Positions 63,366-64,000 of a stretch of DNA of 64,000 nt are shown one piece after another. The notes under the pieces were generated by a model that saw nothing but the letters and a program-made list of their open reading frames with translations, had not been told where the DNA came from and did no database searches. The first letter of the stretch is position 1; each line of letters starts with the position of its first letter. The DNA is taken from the sequence record MK568540.2; one strand, written 5' to 3'. The position numbers and the translations under genes are program-made.

Positions 63366-63899
63366 TTAACCGTGTACTGTTAAGTATTTGTCGCGACCAA
63401 TTTCGTAGATATTACCTTCTGCGTCAAGGTCGATGAATACATCACGCCAGTTGATGTTGCTGCTTACAATGACAGGCATATCTTCTAAGCGAATACCCAT
63501 TAGCTCAGACGTTACATGTCTTGCATAGTCTTCGCTTGTGCCTTCGAACACCCAACAGTCACTGATTTTCTCGGCTGCATCTTCGAATGACATACAAACG
63601 TTGTTATTATACAATGCTTCGCAGATTTCACGTTCTTGTTCATCGAGATTAAACCAAGCAAGTAGACCGTCGAAGTCTAATTCTTCGTCTTGTAAATCAC
63701 ATGGCATGTTGTGCCATTCAAATGCTACATAAGCTGTTCCCTCATGGTTGTCCAAAAAGTCTTTGAACTCTGACGGGCAAACAGTGTAGTAATTCAGCAT
63801 GCCAGCACATGAGACAGTAACAGCAACTTCATCGTCCACATGCTCAATCGATAACGATCTTAGCTCTTCTTCACGTTCACTCAAGTTCATAGTCTTCAC
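63366..63899 (-). CDS. ardA: ArdA-like antirestriction protein
   Basis: acidic 177 aa; G...DYA.....E......P......I.W....DL pattern of ArdA. Confidence 0.6.
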   Translation of the reverse strand: MKTMNLSEREEELRSLSIEHVDDEVAVTVSCAGMLNYYTVCPSEFKDFLDNHEGTAYVAFEWHNMPCDLQDEELDFDGLLAWFNLDEQEREICEALYNNNVCMSFEDAAEKISDCWVFEGTSEDYARHVTSELMGIRLEDMPVIVSSNINWRDVFIDLDAEGNIYEIGRDKYLTVHG

Positions 63900-63923
63900 T
63901 CACATAAATTGTTTCAAGGACTG

Positions 63924-63952
63924 TATAGTACGATCAAAAAAGGGGACTGTCA
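63924..63952 (-). promoter_or_regulatory. sigma70 promoter
   Basis: TTGACA-17-TACTAT upstream of ardA-like gene. Confidence 0.6.
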
Positions 63953-64000
63953 ACAACTTTCTCAAGTTATTTTCAATCCCCTAATATTACTAATATCTCT

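Noticed and set aside
1-64000. tRNA, rRNA, integrase, transposase or cas genes
   Set aside because: No recognisable motifs found on either strand in this window.

Overview
64 kb segment of a large T4-like (Tevenvirinae-type) phage. Gene content resembles Vibrio KVP40-like phages: nadV, natV, pnuC, nadR, tk, denV, dda, rIIA/rIIB. About 140 densely packed genes, nearly all on the minus strand and mostly small hypothetical early genes. They are driven by repeated sigma70-type promoter cassettes that often share bases with the upstream terminator. A few late-type genes carry TATAAATA-like promoters and T4-style capsid-targeting N-termini. The top observation is a ~370 bp non-coding island (44219-44588) with seven exact, same-strand TTATNCACA DnaA boxes (plus one 1-mismatch box) in 109 bp. 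Hand-counted sample lines show a local C>G to G>C skew flip at the same position. This is a candidate host-DnaA-binding origin or DnaA sink. Nearby are two tandem GIY-YIG nucleases wrapped in 5-6 modular ~50-aa repeats, a five-member paralog family and several membrane microproteins. Other highlights: a K+ channel, a PagP-like outer-membrane barrel, a structured RNA leader (55795-55883), a 9-bp-periodic leader array (7863-7911) and two near-identical palindromic promoters. All family calls are from motif recognition only; no database searches were run.
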